Assembly: GCA_002428045.1 (NCBI GenBank)
Contig: DIZZ01000154.1
Coordinates: forward strand, 4,691 to 41,886
Direction: 5' to 3'
Origin: Verrucomicrobia bacterium UBA6015
Lineage (GTDB): Bacteria > Verrucomicrobiota > Kiritimatiellia > UBA8416
DNA: 37,196 bases
Below, piece after piece: positions 36,136 through 37,196 of the stretch (position 1 is its first letter; every line of letters begins with the position of its first letter). A model generated the notes under the pieces. The model was not told the DNA's origin. It did no database searches and saw nothing but the letters and a program-made list of their open reading frames with translations. A program made the translations under genes and the position numbers.

Positions 36136-37196
36136 ATGAACGAGGATCAGAACCTGGTAGAGGGGGAGGCGGTAGATCCGTTTCGCGATTATGATATCAT
36201 GAAGCTTTTTGATGACCTGAGCTTCCGAGATAAATGGGCGCGGGTTTCGGCAGGTCTGAAGCAACCGAAGGAGAGCGGCGAATACAAATGGGCAAAGTTT
36301 CAGTTGTTGCGTTTACTTTCCCCGGCTATGGCCATATTGATGCCGTTGGTGGCGATTGCGCTCATTTCCGTGCTGGCGCAGTTCAATCCCGAGACAACAA
36401 CCAGCGTCAACGTGAAAGTGATTGAGCCGGAACCGATGGAGGAAATCGAGGAAATCGAGATTCCAGAGGTTGAACCACCAGCGCCGACCGAGATGGTGGA
36501 AGTCGAGATGGAGACCGTCTCCGATATGCCGTCGTTGCCGAACGAGGTCGTGTCGCCACCGGCGGACCAGGCCAGTGTGCAGCCCGCGCCCTTTGATTCC
36601 GTGGCGATCGTCAAGAGTCCGGTCGTCATGAAGTCGATCATGGGCAGCCGTAGCCCGGGTGCCCAGGGGGCGGCCTTGAGCAAGTTTGGCGGTGGGCATA
36701 CGAGCCCGGCCGTGATCCGCGCCCTGCGCTGGCTGGCCAAGAACCAGGCCAGTGAAGGCACCTGGGGCAAGAACAAGATCGCGATGACATCGCTGGCGGT
36801 GCTGGCCTACATGGCCCATGGAGATACCCCTGCCTCGGAGGAGTTCGGCCCGACAGTTGAGCGCGCCCTGCGCTATCTGGTGGAGAAACAGGATGCCAGT
36901 GGACGGTTCACGGGGCGTGACGGTCATGACTACACCCAGCCGATTGCCGCCTATGCACTGGCTGAGGCCGCTGGCATGACGCGTAATCCGACGATTCGCG
37001 ATGCGGCGATCAAGGCCATCAAGGTGGTCGTGGCGGGGCAGAATAAAAATGGTAGTTTCGATTACGGACTCAAGGCGGGCGGGAGTGAGCGGAGTGACTT
37101 GTCCTATGCCGGATGGTGCGTCCAGGCGATGAAGGCGGCGAAGATTGCCGGTTTTGAATATGAGGTGGATGGGTTGACCAACGCCATGAAAAAGGC
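36136..37196 (+). CDS. Partial (runs off window): single-TM, Pro/Glu-linker protein with prenyltransferase/squalene-cyclase-like alpha/alpha-barrel repeats
   Basis: Absent from the ORF track because it has no stop in the window. AAGGAG precedes ATG 36136. Manual translation: MNEDQN...TM (AMAILMPLVAIALISVLA)...IEPEPMEEIEEIEIPEVEPPAP...ALRWLAKNQASEGTW...ALRYLVEKQDASGRF...GQNKNGSFDY...SDLSYAGWCVQAMKAA. Confidence 0.85.
   Translation, partial: MNEDQNLVEGEAVDPFRDYDIMKLFDDLSFRDKWARVSAGLKQPKESGEYKWAKFQLLRLLSPAMAILMPLVAIALISVLAQFNPETTTSVNVKVIEPEPMEEIEEIEIPEVEPPAPTEMVEVEMETVSDMPSLPNEVVSPPADQASVQPAPFDSVAIVKSPVVMKSIMGSRSPGAQGAALSKFGGGHTSPAVIRALRWLAKNQASEGTWGKNKIAMTSLAVLAYMAHGDTPASEEFGPTVERALRYLVEKQDASGRFTGRDGHDYTQPIAAYALAEAAGMTRNPTIRDAAIKAIKVVVAGQNKNGSFDYGLKAGGSERSDLSYAGWCVQAMKAAKIAGFEYEVDGLTNAMKK

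Noticed and set aside
1-37196. CRISPR arrays, tRNA/rRNA, IS elements, integrases, prophage or defence genes
   Set aside because: No regularly spaced repeats, tRNA-like folds or transposase/integrase motifs were seen by manual reading; intergenic spaces are short.

Overview
GC-rich bacterial chromosomal window. The gene content (prenyltransferase-repeat/DUF4159/vWA proteins, TPR-ExbB-ExbD clusters) suggests a PVC-superphylum organism such as Kiritimatiellia/Lentisphaeria; this is inference. From left to right: a secreted vWA protein and an alpha/alpha-barrel + DUF4159-like protein; a deletion scar joining a collapsed GTP-PEPCK (pckG) remnant head-on to a truncated CPA2 antiporter; two small unannotated ORFs (8-Cys peptide, 2-TM protein); fumC-gtrA; an oppA-like gene, an NdvB-like GH17-GT2 glucan synthase and an AEC transporter; a secreted transglutaminase-like/CBM protein; rplM-rpsI-DEAD helicase; argJBDG; a metallophosphoesterase; a divergent sigma70-family factor behind a sigma54 (-24/-12) promoter with an IHF site; SGNH esterase, GH2 and a cNMP-binding histidine kinase; and a TPR-TPR-ExbB-ExbD-ExbD cluster followed by a TonB-shaped alpha/alpha-barrel protein that runs off the window end. 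The best candidates for new biology are this putative PMF-driven envelope motor and the sigma54-to-atypical-sigma70 cascade. No rRNA, tRNA, CRISPR array or transposase was seen. All calls come from manual motif reading; no database searches were run.
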